Shown piece by piece: positions 32,851 through 52,037 of a stretch of DNA of 64,000 nucleotides; the stretch's first letter is position 1, and each line of letters opens with the position of its first letter. The position numbers and the translations under genes are program-made. The stretch lies in assembly GCF_009914755.1 (NCBI RefSeq), contig NC_060926.1; one strand, given 5' to 3'. The notes under the pieces were generated by a model. It was not told where the DNA came from and did not search any database. It worked only from the letters and a program-made list of their open reading frames with translations. Source of the DNA: the human T2T-CHM13v2.0 reference genome, Homo sapiens.

Positions 32851-33439
32851 TTTTTACTTTACACATTTCAGTATTGTTTGATTTTTTTCCCTGCAAAGAG
32901 CATACCGTGCTTTTTGTGATTGCCTTCCAATGCATTCAGAAGCATACAAATAAATAAGGTTTTTATCAGCAATATAACTGCTTTTAGAAGGATTCCTGGT
33001 GAAAAGAAAAGATTTCTCCCAAACAGAGCCCATGTTCTCTCTTGGCCCTGCCAAGAGGAGAGAACAGTAAGCATAGTGAATAACTCCCACTGGAGGTTAG
33101 GAACTTTTTAATAGCTTGTGTGTGGTTATGACTGTGTCATGTATTTCAGAGTTTAATGACTATATTATACATTTATAAGTCTGATAGGGGCTTGGATAAA
33201 CAGGAGAGTCTCTGCCTCCCTCAAAAGAAATGCTAATGCATTGGATTCCCTTTGGCTAAAAGAAAAAACTGGAGCCAGCTGTCTCAGTTGGAGAGAGCAA
33301 AGAGAAAGGTTAGAAAAAAGAGAACATACTTGAGGCTGGAAAAAGACATTTGGCAGAGGATACACTTCTTCAGCTTGTGGACTTCTGTGGCCCTTATAGG
33401 AAGAGGCTCCACATTTATTCTGGTCAAATGTCTTGGATC

Positions 33440-33640
33440 GCAGACCAACCGCATCATAAACTGATTGTGTGACTTGAAGAAGATGCTTAGTTGTTTTGAG
33501 CCACAGTTTCCTCGTTTGGAAAATCCAGATTCTAATAATAATAGTAACTATCTCACATGGTTGTTATGAAAATAAATGATCTTCCCTTTCAAAGCGCTTT
33601 GTAAAGAACTAAGTGCTTGTTCTAACGTGCTGTGCAAATA
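33440..33640 (+). mobile_element. MIR SINE
   Basis: tgtgtgacttg...cagtttcctcgtttggaaaat...ctcacatggttgttatgaaaataaatga. Confidence 0.7.
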
Positions 33641-33802
33641 CTTTCTGTCTATACGGACAAATTGCATTTGCATGCCTGCTGTGTGTGGAGCGATGGCTAC
33701 ACAGAAAGTAATGGGTGTACAAAATGGATATATTACACAAATGATAACATTATTATTATACAAAATAATGCTTGGTGCTTACCCTCAAGAAACTTACAGA
33801 CA

Positions 33803-34110
<308 letters not shown>

Positions 34111-34132
34111 TTACAGACAATATAAAAAGAAA

Positions 34133-34468
<336 letters not shown>

Positions 34469-34477
34469 TCACTGTAG

Positions 34478-34998
<521 letters not shown>

Positions 34999-35052
34999 AA
35001 GATCTTTTAGATATATTATATTATGGAATCTTTGAAACTATCCTATGAGGTA

Positions 35053-35377
<325 letters not shown>

Positions 35378-35510
35378 TGAGGTAATTTTATAATTTCAAT
35401 TTTACAAATGAGGAAACTGAGGCACAGAGTGGAATAGCTTTCATGAGGCCTCTCAGCTGCTGAGTGTTGGGATCAAAATTTGAACCTTGATTTTTTCAGC
35501 CCATATTCTT

Positions 35511-36230
35511 CTTTAAAAATAATTTTTATTGTGTATCTTTGAGGTTTACAACATGATGTTATAGGATACAGATATAGATAGTAAAATGGTTACTATAGTG
35601 AAGCTGATTAACATATCTATCATCTCACAGTTACTTTTTTTGTGACAAGAGCAGCTAAAATCTACTTATTTAACACAAATTTTAAAGCAATGCAATTTTA
35701 TTAACTTAGCCCTAATGTTGTACATTAGATTTCTAAAGGTGTTCATCCTGCGTTATCTGCTATTTTATGTCCTTTGACCTACATGTCCCCATTTCCTCTC
35801 CCCCTCCCCCTTGGCCATGGTAACCTCTGTTTTATTCTCTGCCTCTGTGTATTTGAGCTTTTTTTTTTTTTTTTAAATCCATGTATAGGTGAGATCATGC
35901 AATATTTTTATTTCTGTGTCTGGCTTAATTCACTTAGCACATGTCTTCTAGGTTCATCCATGTTCTGGCGCAAATGACAGGATCTCCTTTTTTAAGGCTG
36001 AATAATATTCCTCTGTGTGTGTCTGTGTGTGTGTGTGTGTCTCTGTGTGTGTGTGTGTGTGTGTGTACGCATCATATTTTATCCATTTGTCCATAGATGG
36101 ACATTTAGGTTGTTTCCATATCTTGGCTATTGTGAATAATGCTTCAATGAGCATGGGAGTACAGATGTGTTTATGAGGTGGTGATTTCATCTCCTTGGGG
36201 TATACACCCAGATGAGAAATTGCTGAAAAT
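35511..36230 (-). mobile_element. 5'-truncated L1MA-type element (about 720 bp)
   Basis: tacaacatgatgtt...ttaacatatctatcatctcacagttac...ggtgagatcatgcaatattt; flanked by cccatattctt at 35500 and 36231. Confidence 0.85.
36014..36066. repeat. Interrupted (TG)n microsatellite
   Basis: tgtgtgtgtctgtgtg... within the L1. Confidence 0.9.
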
Positions 36231-36785
36231 CCCATATTCTTAACGACTAGGCTGGGAATTTTGGAAACTTGTTGACTGGTTGCTAAACTAATCTCGCAGC
36301 CTGGAGTACTTAGTGCTGAGCTTAAGAGGAGGTATGAGGTAAGGTATTAGAGACCTCCGAGGGGTGACAGGGAGCTTTTGGGCTCTGAATCATGTTTCTG
36401 GGGGGTATTTTTGTAGTTGGGGATCACATGCATTTTCCTGTTTCTGCTCCATGAGAACTGAGAGTATTTTCTGGCTCTGATTTAGCAGTCAGTTGAAGAT
36501 TCCTGTGGGTTCCACATGTGAGGAGAGTTCAGTCTAGATGGGAGCGTAGCGTGCGTATGGGGTAGTATATAGAGTAGAGGCCCAGGGACCAGATAGATCT
36601 GGAGTAGGGGCCATCTGGGATGCTGCTTATAAGGACCAAGTGACAGAGAGGACATAAAAGCAGAGCTGGGAAGGGGAGATGCTGGGAGAAACAGTGAGAC
36701 AAACTGGGAGGTCAACTAAAGCCCCGCCAAATTGACATTGTGGTCTTCATCGTTCTTGCCCTTTTAAGTGAACAGAATTAGCTCC

Positions 36786-37230
36786 ATCAGTCAGAATCCA
36801 TCAGGAAGCAGCCAGTACACTGAAGAGGTAAAGTCAAAGAGAGGTTAATAAAGGGGGTATTTAGAGAAAGTAAGAGAAACCAATAGGGGCTGGTGAAGCA
36901 CCTCGGGCTAGCAGTAGGTGGAGGTGCTGCTACTCCTGGGCCTGAAGGCCAAGGGGACAAGAGCAGATACAGGAACACCCTGAGAGCTTTAGCTCTAGGA
37001 CAGGCCCCTAACAGGACCTGTGACCTTTGCAAGAGAAACACGGCCACTGCCAGCCTGCAGCGTGGTAGGAAGTGAGCCGGTGGATAAACACTCCAAGTTC
37101 TCTTTTTTTCACCCTTTGATTTCCTGCCACTCACATCGGTTTCATCCAACCAGATGCCAAAAGGCGAGGGAGTCAGCTCATGTTATCAGCAGCCTGGATG
37201 CAGAGCAGACAAGGATGGATCTGAGGGGCA
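36786..37230 (-). mobile_element. Ancient ERVL LTR (LTR41-like)
   Basis: atcagtcagaatccatcaggaagcag...ttaataaagggggtattt...cctgggcctgaaggccaagggg. Confidence 0.5.
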
Positions 37231-37522
37231 AAGAGAGCATCCTCTGCCTTTATCCACAGGTGTACTTAGAAACTGCTGGGAACACAACCCACGATGCTAT
37301 CCATAGGGAAATATCTAAATAAACTGTGATGTGTCCATACTAGGAAATCCTAGGCAGAAGTTGAAAAGACAGAATAAATCAGTAATTATTGCTATGGAGA
37401 GATTGCTGAGATCTATTGTTGAGTGGTGAAGCAAATTGCAGAAAAATGCCTAGAGTAGGATGGCATGTTTACGATACTCACCCCCGCCCCCCACCACCAC
37501 ATACACTATCATAAGTCTATTA

Positions 37523-37816
<294 letters not shown>

Positions 37817-38203
37817 AAGTCTATTAAATGCCCCATGTCTTTTATGGTATTTTGTTATATGTATATGTCCATATGCAAAGTTTGGAATAACATACATCAA
37901 ACTGGTAAGAGTGGTTTGCTCTGGAGAGGTGGGAGGCAGTTCAAGATTTGGGGGGTGGTCAAAGGGGACTTCAGTTGTGGTAGATAGTACTGGCTGCTTA
38001 ATAACAGCCATTTCCCACTCACCCCCTTCTTTAATGCTAACAACTCAAATCTTATTCAGGTATCAAAGGGCCGCATTGTGCTCAGGGAAGGTAGGTCCAG
38101 GTGTCAAATCACGATTGAGCTAAGCCAAGTATGCTTATACCACTCCCCTTTGCCTGTGATTTGTCTAGGGGTAGGCATGTGACCTAGTCTGCTGTTGACT
38201 TTT

Positions 38204-39844
<1,641 letters not shown>

Positions 39845-40034
39845 CTGCTGTTGACTTTTAAGAAGTGTTTTTGTTGTTGTTGTTCTAATAACAGAGTATA
39901 GTAGATGAAGTAAGTAGATGAAGGTGAAAAGTTCTGCTTCTCCCTTTCCTTTTTGCCTTGGGATGGAGTTGTTGGAAATGTGATGCTTGGAGTTACGGCA
40001 ACCATCTTGTGACCCAGGGGAAAAGGCCAGGAGA

Positions 40035-40364
<330 letters not shown>

Positions 40365-40375
40365 CTAGCATCTTA

Positions 40376-40679
<304 letters not shown>

Positions 40680-42992
40680 TAGGCATTTGTACTTCATCTT
40701 CAGAGTTGACCTGATCCTCCTTCTGCTGACTCTGACTCTCTCTACCCTTCAGGACTCTTGTTTGCCTCTGCTGCTGGTCTCTCGGCTGCCAGCTGAACTG
40801 CTTTGATTGACAACTTAGGTGTTCAAGACTTTTGGAATGCACACTTTAGCCTTCCTGGGGCTGCTCCATCCTTTTTACTCCCTCAGGCTGGGGAACCCAC
40901 TGTTTGGGGCTGCCCTTTCCACAGCACTTTCTTCAGGGAGGGACTTGCCGTTTGGTAACTGACACCCCTCACCCCCACCACTTCTCTTCTGAGGAGATGG
41001 AAGAGCTGCAGCATAGAAGAAGCTGGGGAACAGGCCCAAAACCAAGGGCCCCAGAGTCTAGGTGGGATTCCTTTGGCTCTGGCCCTAGGCCTGGCATCTG
41101 AGTATTATAGAGAAACTCATTTTATGTTTATCCAGGGGTTCTTGCATTGCCTGTGATTTCTGAGGATGCTTTTAAATCACTAGTATTCACTGCCTCTACT
41201 AGAACTTCTGTACACTGGATTTTATTCCCCCCAGCTATAAGGGCTTGTGAAAATATCTTAAAGAGTAGAGTAAGTAGCTCGGGCAGGCTTGCATTTGCAA
41301 AAGCCCACCCTCACGGATGGAAGACTGGTGGGAGGCCCTTGTGATAGGTTGAGGGAAAGAAGCTGAGGTTTTAGTTGGGGCCCAGGATTGGGGTGGAGGG
41401 GAGGAGATGGGTGTGAGTTTTCCCCTTCCCTTCTCTGTGGGCGATGCTCCACATACGGTGGCAAGGAAAGTTTTCTGCATTCTTCAAAGCATGAGCAGAG
41501 ATCTTTTGCATGCTGTTTCCACGGGTGTTTCAGGGAGCTCTCTGTAATAAGGGTTCCCTTTGTGGCAGTTGGCAGTCGGTTCCAAGCTCATCATTTTGTT
41601 GCAGCAGGACTTGGCAGGGGCATGGGAGAACAAGACTTCTGCTGTTCCTTTGCCACTCTGAGCTCTGCACCCGTACCTATGAGGGCTACCTCTTTCCTCC
41701 ATCCTGTTCCACCTGTCCTCTTCCTGCCATTCTTTTGTCCAAACCTGTGGGAGGCTGCATTCAAGTTCACAGAAAAGGGGTACCTGTAGTCAAAAAGGGT
41801 AGGAGGATGGGAGGAGAGGATTAAGGAAAAGCCAACTTTTGCCTCAGATGCCCGGCTGCTTTATTATGCATGCTTTCCTCTTTCTCACTGTTTTTTGGAA
41901 AGGCTGAAAATAAACACTTTTGTAATACTGACTTGTAGTTCACACTTTCCTGACAAGTTACTCAAACTGCAGCCACAGCCGCTTAAAGAGAAGTTTGACG
42001 CAAGCCTTATTCAGCAGACGCTTTCTAATTCAGAATGTTCCGAGGCAGTTGATCTTGCTACTTCTAAACTAGTGAAGGGGCCGAGGAGGGGGCACATTGC
42101 TTAACCTGGGAGCCCTGGGCCAGTACCCACCACCAGCAAGTCCACCAGCATCTCCACCACAAAGTCAAGCTTTTGAGACTGCTGGGTCCTCAGGGCTGTT
42201 ACCCAGCTCACTTATTCAAGAAATGTCACAGAGTCATTAAAAATCTCACCTGGAAGAAACTATGAACATCTCTTAATTCAAGATCCCTTTTTCTGTAGGC
42301 CAGAGAAGTGACTTCCCTGCTTAAAATGAACAGAACTATTAGGAGCTGGGGATACAGCCCCAAACTCTGGAAGCTTCCCATTGAGCCATGCTTTGTTAAT
42401 TTCATGGATTTGATTTATTACGTTTCAGTTTTTATTACAAAAACTTTCAAACATACACAAAAAGTTGAGAGAAGAGTATAATGAACATCTGTGTACCCAT
42501 CACTCAATGTCAATACTGGTCGCCAATTCGATGTTATCTTATCTAGTCCCCATTTTCCCTCACTGCAACCAGATAGACGTCGTAACACTTTATCCACAAG
42601 TACAGCAATATGTGTCTCTAACAGAAAGCTTTAAAAAATAGTGTAACCATAGTTACCATTATCACATCCACAAAATTAGCATTATTTCTTAGTGTCATAA
42701 TACCTTCGAACACAGTTTTCTCCGGTTGTGTCAAAAATGTCTTTTTGCAGTTTGTTTAAATGAGGATCCAAACAAGGTCCACACATTGCATTTGTTGACA
42801 TATTTTAAGGGGTTTATACTGTCATGGTCCCTCCCCTATACCTTCCCCATGCCATTTGTTTGTTGATATAGTTGGGTCATCTGTCCTTCAGAACTTCCCA
42901 CGTTCTGAATGTGGCTGGTTGTATTCTGCTGGTGTCCTTCAACCTATTTTTCCATCCTGTTTCCTGTACATTGGTACTGAAGATGTAGACAA

Positions 42993-43217
42993 CAGTGATT
43001 CTCAGCTGGGGGAGACTTTGCTTCCCTCACCTCCCAGGGGACGTTTGGCAATGTCTGGAGACTTTTGGTTGTCACACCTGGGGGTGGGGGTGCTTCAGGC
43101 ATCTGGTGGGTAGAGGCCGGGGATGCCGCTAAACATCCTGCAGTGCACAGGACAGCTGCCCACAGGAAAGAACCACGTGTCCCCCAATGTCAGTAGAGCT
43201 GAGGTTGAGAAACCCTG
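42993..43217 (+). mobile_element. MER20 hAT-Charlie MITE
   Basis: cagtgattctcagctggggg...ccaggggacgtttggcaatgtctggagac...gaggttgagaaaccctg, about 225 bp. Confidence 0.9.
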
Positions 43218-43560
43218 ACCGGGAGACTTGAAATTCAAGTTTTGCTTTTGGCAAGGATATTTCATAGGTGGAGCCGTGTACTTCCTGCTGCATCATATCA
43301 GAACACTGTGTCTGATGTTAAGGTGATGTTTCGGTTGGTCAGTGGATTCAGGAGGGGTCAACCTCACACATCATAAAATTAGCCAAATGGGCATGTTTTG
43401 AGAGTAAAAGGGAGTGCTATTAATAGATGAAAACTGGGAATGTTTCTGGCAAACAGAGACATGTGATTATCCATTGATTTTTCAAGAGCTTTATTCATCT
43501 CTAATGAATTTTCTTTCACTTTTTTACCAGTTTTAATCAAAGTTACATGGGCACATAATT

Positions 43561-43879
<319 letters not shown>

Positions 43880-44672
43880 TAATTTAAAGAGGCACATAAT
43901 TCTCCTAAACTTGTTGCTGCGGTAATTTCCTCATTCCTCCCTATTTTCCTTTCCTAAGAGGCAACCACTTTCAATTCTTTCAGTTGGTTCTTGTAATATT
44001 TATCCTCACACATCCTAATATGCTTAAATTGCTACTTCATGGTTTTTCTGTTTTTGGCATTTTAAAAGGACTTCTTTCTAAAGAATATAATTTATCTTTC
44101 TGACAATGCTCTCTAGCCCCCAGTACAAGCCTTTCTTGACCTTTCATTTTCTCAGAACAGTGAAATTCTAATTTTAGCTGTCTGCTTATATTTAAGAGTG
44201 GGGTATTAAAAAGCCAAATAGCAGCTCTGATCTTGTGAGTGGAGCCTGTTGACTGCTATCTTCCCCATTGGGTTATCTGGCTATGCTACCCTCCAATGTC
44301 AGGATGTTTGATCATTTCTTCTTGGGCCAGTAAGTCTTCCAGTCTTCTGCCCAAGGAGATAGACCGGGCTGCCAGGGTCCTGGGACCCAGGTGGGGCCAA
44401 AGAGCAGTGAGTCTCAGCATTCCTTCTGTGGACTTTCCTTTTTTTGTTGTAATTCCTTGCCATCAGTGGTGCCCGCTGTCCTTCAGTCAGTCCTTAGAAG
44501 CTCCATTAACTTCCTCCAGAGAATAAACCTTAAGTCTAGTGGCAGGATTGTGGGAGGTCAGTTGCCCAGTTGCACAGAATTGGGGAAGGAAGCTAAGGAT
44601 CAAATTGTTATTTTTTTTAAAAAAACAGCTTTATTGAGATATAATTGACATAAAATAAATATCACTTATTTA

Positions 44673-45052
<380 letters not shown>

Positions 45053-46199
45053 AAGATAATGAGCATATTAGTTGCCCCTTAAGTTTCCGTTGCCCACTCA
45101 GGCAACTGCTGATCTGCTTTCTGCCACTAGATTGGTTTGTATTTTCTAAGATTTTATGTAAAAGTAATCATATAGTACTTGCTCTTTTTAGGGGGGAAGG
45201 ATTCTGCTTTTTTTTCACTCAGCATCATTACTCTGAGATTCATTCAGGTCGTTGAGTATATCAATAGATTATTCCTTTTTATTGTTAAGTAGTATCTCAT
45301 TGGATTAATACACCAAAATTTGTTTATTCATTTACTTGTTGATGGACATATGGATTGTTTCCAGTTTTTAGTTATTACAAATAATATTGCTATGAACATT
45401 CATGTGCAGGTCTTTGTGTGGACATGGTTTTTCATTTTTCTTGGGTTAACACCTAGGAATGGAATGGCTGAGCCATATGGCAGGTGCATGTTTCACTTTT
45501 TTTTTTTTAGTTGAACTTTGAACAACATGTTTAACCTTTAGTGAAACTGCCACACTGTTTTCCAAAGTGGTTGTACCATTTCATATTTCCACCAGCAGTG
45601 AACCAGAAAGTTCTAGGTGGCTCAACATCCTTGCCAACAAGTGATTTGGTCAACCATTTAAATTTTAGATATTCTAGTGAGTATGTAGTGGTATCTCACG
45701 GTTTTAATTTGCATTTCCTAATGACTAATGATGTTGAGCATCTTTGCGTGTGCTTATTTGCCATCTGTATATCCTCTTTGGTAAATTGTTCAAATCTCTT
45801 GCCCATTTATAAAATTTGGTTGTTTTGTTTTCTTATTGAGTTTTGAGATTTCTTTACATATTTTGGATACAAATCTGTTATCAAATGTGTAACTTGCATA
45901 TATTTGCTCCTAGTCTGCAGCTTGCCTTTTCATTCTCCTAACAATATCTTTCAAAGAGCAAATGTTCTCAGTTTTATTTCTTTTTTCTCCATAAGAGATT
46001 TTAGAATCTTCCATAAGTGTTCTTAATTTTGATGAAGTCCAATGTATTGATTTTCTTTTATTGATTTTGCTTTTGGTGCTGTTTCTAAGAAATATTTGCT
46101 TAACCCAAGGTCACAAAGAGTTTCTCTTGTTTTTTTTTTTTTTTTTCCCTAGATGTTAATAGTTTTAGGTTTAGGTCTGTGATCCATTTTGAGTAAATT

Positions 46200-46705
<506 letters not shown>

Positions 46706-46995
46706 CCATTTTCAGTTAATTTTTTCTGTATAGCGTGAGATGGGTCAAAGTTCTGGGTTTTTTTTTCCTTTTTGTATATGGATATCCAATTATTTCAACA
46801 CTATTTGTCAAAAAAGACCATTTTCCCCATCAAATTGCCTTTGCACTTACGCAAGTTACTATTTCTTAGTCTCCTATTTTTCTATTTGTCTATTTTGAAT
46901 TCAATACCACACCATCTTGATTATTGTAGCTTATATTAAGTCTTAAAGTTACATAGGGTAAATTCTCCATATTTATTCTTCTTTTTCAAAGTTGA

Positions 46996-47337
<342 letters not shown>

Positions 47338-47753
47338 TAAATGACTTATATGATCAGCTTGTCAATTTTAAAAACCACATTGTTAATGTAAAAATGAATA
47401 ATATAATGTAAAATGTAAATGTTAATGTATACATATATGTATGATTTAATGTGTAATATAAAAAGCCTGCTGGGATTTTGACTTGGATTTATTATAGCTA
47501 TAGATCAAATTGGGGAAAATTTACATCTTACCAAGTTCAGTGTTGGATATAAGTGGTAACAGCAGACATTCTTTCCTTGTTCTGATGTTGGGGAAAGCAA
47601 TCAGTCTTTCACCGTTAAGTATGATGCTAGCTGTAGGGTTTTCAGTTATCCATTATCAGGTTGTAGAAGTTCCCATCTGTTCCTAGTTTGTTGAAAATTT
47701 TCATCAGGAATGGAGGTTAGATTTTGTTAAATGCTCTATTTTGTATGTATTGA

Positions 47754-48080
<327 letters not shown>

Positions 48081-48126
48081 TTTAATTTGTTAATATAATG
48101 AATTAAATTGATTGATTTTCAAATGC

Positions 48127-48466
48127 TTTTTTTTTCTGGGAGACAGGGTCTCACTTTGTCACTCTGGCTGGAGCAGTGATGCAGCGAACACGGCTCACTG
48201 CAGCCTCAACCTCCTGGGCTCAAGTGATCTTCCTGTTTCAGCAACCTCCCTCCACCCCTAACCCCACCCCAAGTAGCTGGGACTATGGGCATGTGCCACC
48301 ATACCTGGCTAATTTTTTTTATTTTTTTATTTTTATTTTTATTTTTATAGAGATGGGGCTTCACCATGGTGCCTAGGTTGGTCTTGAACTCCTGAGCTCC
48401 AGCAATCCTTCCACCTCGGCCTCCCAAAGTGCTGGGATTACAGGCATGAGCCACCATGTGCAGCCG
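48127..48466 (-). mobile_element. AluJ
   Basis: Reverse dimer with C-rich insert and expanded middle A-rich linker. Confidence 0.9.
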
Positions 48467-48469
48467 AGA

Positions 48470-48794
48470 TTTTTCTTTCTTTTCTTTTCTTTTTCTTTCT
48501 TTCTTTCTTTCTTTCTTTTTTTTTTTTTTTTGAGACGGAGCGTGTCTCTGTCCCCCAGGCTGGAGGGCAGTGGCGCAATCTCGGCTCACTGCAACCTTAC
48601 CTCCTAGGTTCAAGTGATTCTCTTGCCTCAGCCTCCCGAGTAGCTGGAACTACAGGCATGCCACCACGCCCAGCTAATTTTTTTGTATTTTTAGCAGAGA
48701 CGGGGTTTCACCTTGTAGGTCAGGCGGGTGGTGATCTGCCTGCCTTGGCCTCCCAAAGTGCTGGGATTACAGGCGTGAGCCACTGTGCCCCACC
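48470..48794 (-). mobile_element. AluS
   Basis: Reverse dimer with (TTTC)n tail. Confidence 0.92.
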
Positions 48795-49347
48795 CTGAAA
48801 GTTTTCAAGTGTTAAACTAATCTGGCAATTCTGGGATAAAGGCTTCTTGGTTAAAATATATTATTCTTTTTGTATATAATTGAAATCAATTTGCTAAAAT
48901 TTTGTTTTAAGAAATTTGCATCTATGTTCATAAGTTTTCTTTTCTTGCAATGTCTTTGGTTTGATTTATAGAATGCTGATCTCATAGGATTCCATCCCTC
49001 TTCTTTAGCTTTCTGGAAGAGTTCATGTAGAATTAGTATGACTTCTTTAAAATTTTGGTATTATTATTTTTTTCTTCTGCTTACTCCGAGTTTCACTTTC
49101 TCTTCTTTATGTAGTTTCTTAAGAAAGAAGGAAGCTGAGGTTGTTGACTTGAGCACTTTTTTCCTCCTACTTTAGTTGAGTGCTATGGATTTCCCTCTAA
49201 GTTCTGCATTCCCTGCATCCCACCCATTTTGATGTGTTGTGTTTTCTTTTGCATCAGTTCACAATGCTAATTTATCTTTGATTTCTTCTTCGACCTATGG
49301 ATTAAGAAGTGAGTTATTTAGTTTTCAAACATTTGGTTTTTTTGAAA

Positions 49348-49830
<483 letters not shown>

Positions 49831-50629
49831 AGAATTATTGAGATATATTTTTCTTATTGATTTCATTTTGGTCACAGAGCATACTTTGTATAACTCGAAC
49901 CCTTTTAAATTATTGAAATTCGTTTTATGGCCCAGAATTGGACGATTTTGGTAAATGTTTTTTTGTGTACCAAAAAAAAAATGTATATTCTGCCAATCTT
50001 GGGTGGACCTGGAAACTTTCTCAAGCCAGTAGGCCGGGGCACTCAAAGAGCTCATTTTGTTTATTTCCTGTCTCTCAGGAATTGGTATACTTCATTGCCT
50101 TATACCCAATGTCTTCAGAACAACTGTTTCATATATTTGTCTATTTTATAAGTTGCATTTGGTGGAAGAAGAGTAAATCTGGTCTCTGCTATTCCATCTT
50201 AGCCAAAGTGAAAGTCTCTTTGAACTGCTTTTTAATTGAGTTTTCAGTCAATATTCCTTTGCTAGCCCTACCTTAACCTTCCACTTCCAGAAGTAGCTGG
50301 TACTGACTATTCCCGGACCTTTTCGGTGTTTTTAGATGTCAGTTGTTTTGTTTCTTGGCTTTTCTCACTGCTGGTTGTGGAATCTAATAAATATTCTAGC
50401 AAAGTTATTAAAGCAGAGCTGACACTACACAGGGGACCCTGAAATTAGACAATCATGGCTCACTTGTCATTTTCTCATGAGGCCACATTTGTCTGGAACA
50501 GGGCCTCAAACTAATATACCAACAAGGGCTCTCTAGGGAGAGAAAATGAATGAAAACATGGGTGCAAGATAACTGGAAGGGGTGGGGACAAACATAACTC
50601 ACCTTGTTTAGACAACTCTGCTCTCATCT

Positions 50630-51150
50630 CCTGTGACCATGCAAGAAAGAAGGCCTGGTGTTGCCGGATCTTCCAGGAAAGTTTCAGAGAAGCTGGAAAC
50701 GCATAACTTTATGTAAAATTGCCTCTTTTTTTCTTTCTTTCTTTTTTTATTTGTTTATTTTTTTTGAGATGGAGTCTTGCTCTGTCGCCAGGCTAGAGTG
50801 CAGTGGCGCCATCTCGGCTCACCACAACTTCTGACTCCCTGGTTCAAGCTATTCTCTTGCCTCAGCCTCCTGAGTAGCTGGCATACAGGTACGCGCCACC
50901 ACGCCCAGCTAATTTTTTTATTTTTAGTAGAGACAGGGTTTCACCATGTTGGCCAGGATGGTCTTGGTCTTCTGACCTCATGATCCACCCGCCTCAGCCT
51001 TCCAAAGTGCTGGGATTACAGGCGTGAGCCACCACGCCCAGCCCAAAATTACCTCTTTTAAAAATCTTGAGAACTCATCTAAATTTAAAAGAATGTCGAA
51101 GGCCAAATGAAAATCCACGTAAGGATGGGATGACAGCTCAGGATTTGCAT
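50630..51150. mobile_element. MER103-like DNA transposon remnant split by an Alu
   Basis: gttgccggatcttcc...agagaagctggaaac...ttatgtaaaattgcctc; related copy at about 52920-53110. Confidence 0.5.
50726..51043 (-). mobile_element. AluSc-like
   Basis: tgtcgccagg, ttggccaggatggtc; TSD aaaatt(g/a)cctctttt. Confidence 0.93.
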
Positions 51151-51591
51151 CTCTGTTTCTCTTTCGCGCTTTCCTGCTCCATTATGCAGGGATGTGGATA
51201 TTCACTGGCCTTTGGGGACTGAGGGTGGGTAAGTCTCTATGGGTAGCAAGGAAATGACAGACTTTCTATGAAAACCAACTGAATCATGGAATGAGAGAGC
51301 TGGAAGTGACCTTAGAAAAATGTGGTCAAACCCCAGGATATTACATAAGAAGCACCTAAGGCTTAGAAAAGTCAGGTGACTTCTCTAAGTACAAAGACTG
51401 TATTAGTTAATAGTTGGGCTGAGTCTGCATCTAGTTGCCTAGCCAAATTTTCTTTCTTCTGTGTTCCATGAGAGCAAGAGATATGTCAGTATCCTTAATG
51501 CAATTCTTGGTGCATAGTAGGTATTCAATGAATATTTGTTGAATTAAAAACACATACTGAGTTGCTTTCTATAATATTAGCATGTGCTATC

Positions 51592-52037
51592 TTTATCAGT
51601 TAGGATATGGTGTGGCTACATATAACAGAAAATTCCCAAAACATTAGCTCATATACAATAAAGATTTATTTATCTGTGAAAGAAATGTGGACATTTAGGG
51701 TGTCAACAATGTTCTCATCTCTTCTGGTTCTGTTTTACCATTCTTCGTGTATGGCTTCTATCCTTAAATTTATCTTATGATACTGAAGCTATAGCCATAC
51801 AGCTCAACTAAATTCCAAGATGGAAGAATGCAGAATGCCTCCATGGCAAAAGGTTTTCCTGGAAGTTCCACCCAACTTCCACTTAAATCTCATAGTTTGA
51901 AACTTAGATAAGTGGCCACATGTAGTTCCAAGGGAGGTTAGGAAAAGGAAGTTGGATACATTGTCTCCTTGAATAAATCTGGGTTTTGTTAAAGAAAGGA
52001 TGGAATGGGTATTTAGTAGGCAACTAGCAGTATCTGC
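51592..52037 (-). mobile_element. Old MaLR LTR (MLT1J/K-like)
   Basis: tatcagttagg...ggctacatataacagaaa...gtggccacatgtagttccaaggga...ggcaactagcagtatctgc. Confidence 0.6.

Noticed and set aside
41388-41824. 133-aa and 104-aa overlapping ORFs in non-repeat DNA
   Set aside because: Non-ATG or weak starts, no recognisable domain, no convincing splice structure.
47380-47465. AT-rich AATGTA-type low-complexity patch with a short palindrome
   Set aside because: Low-complexity expansion inside L1; such palindromes are expected in AT-rich DNA.
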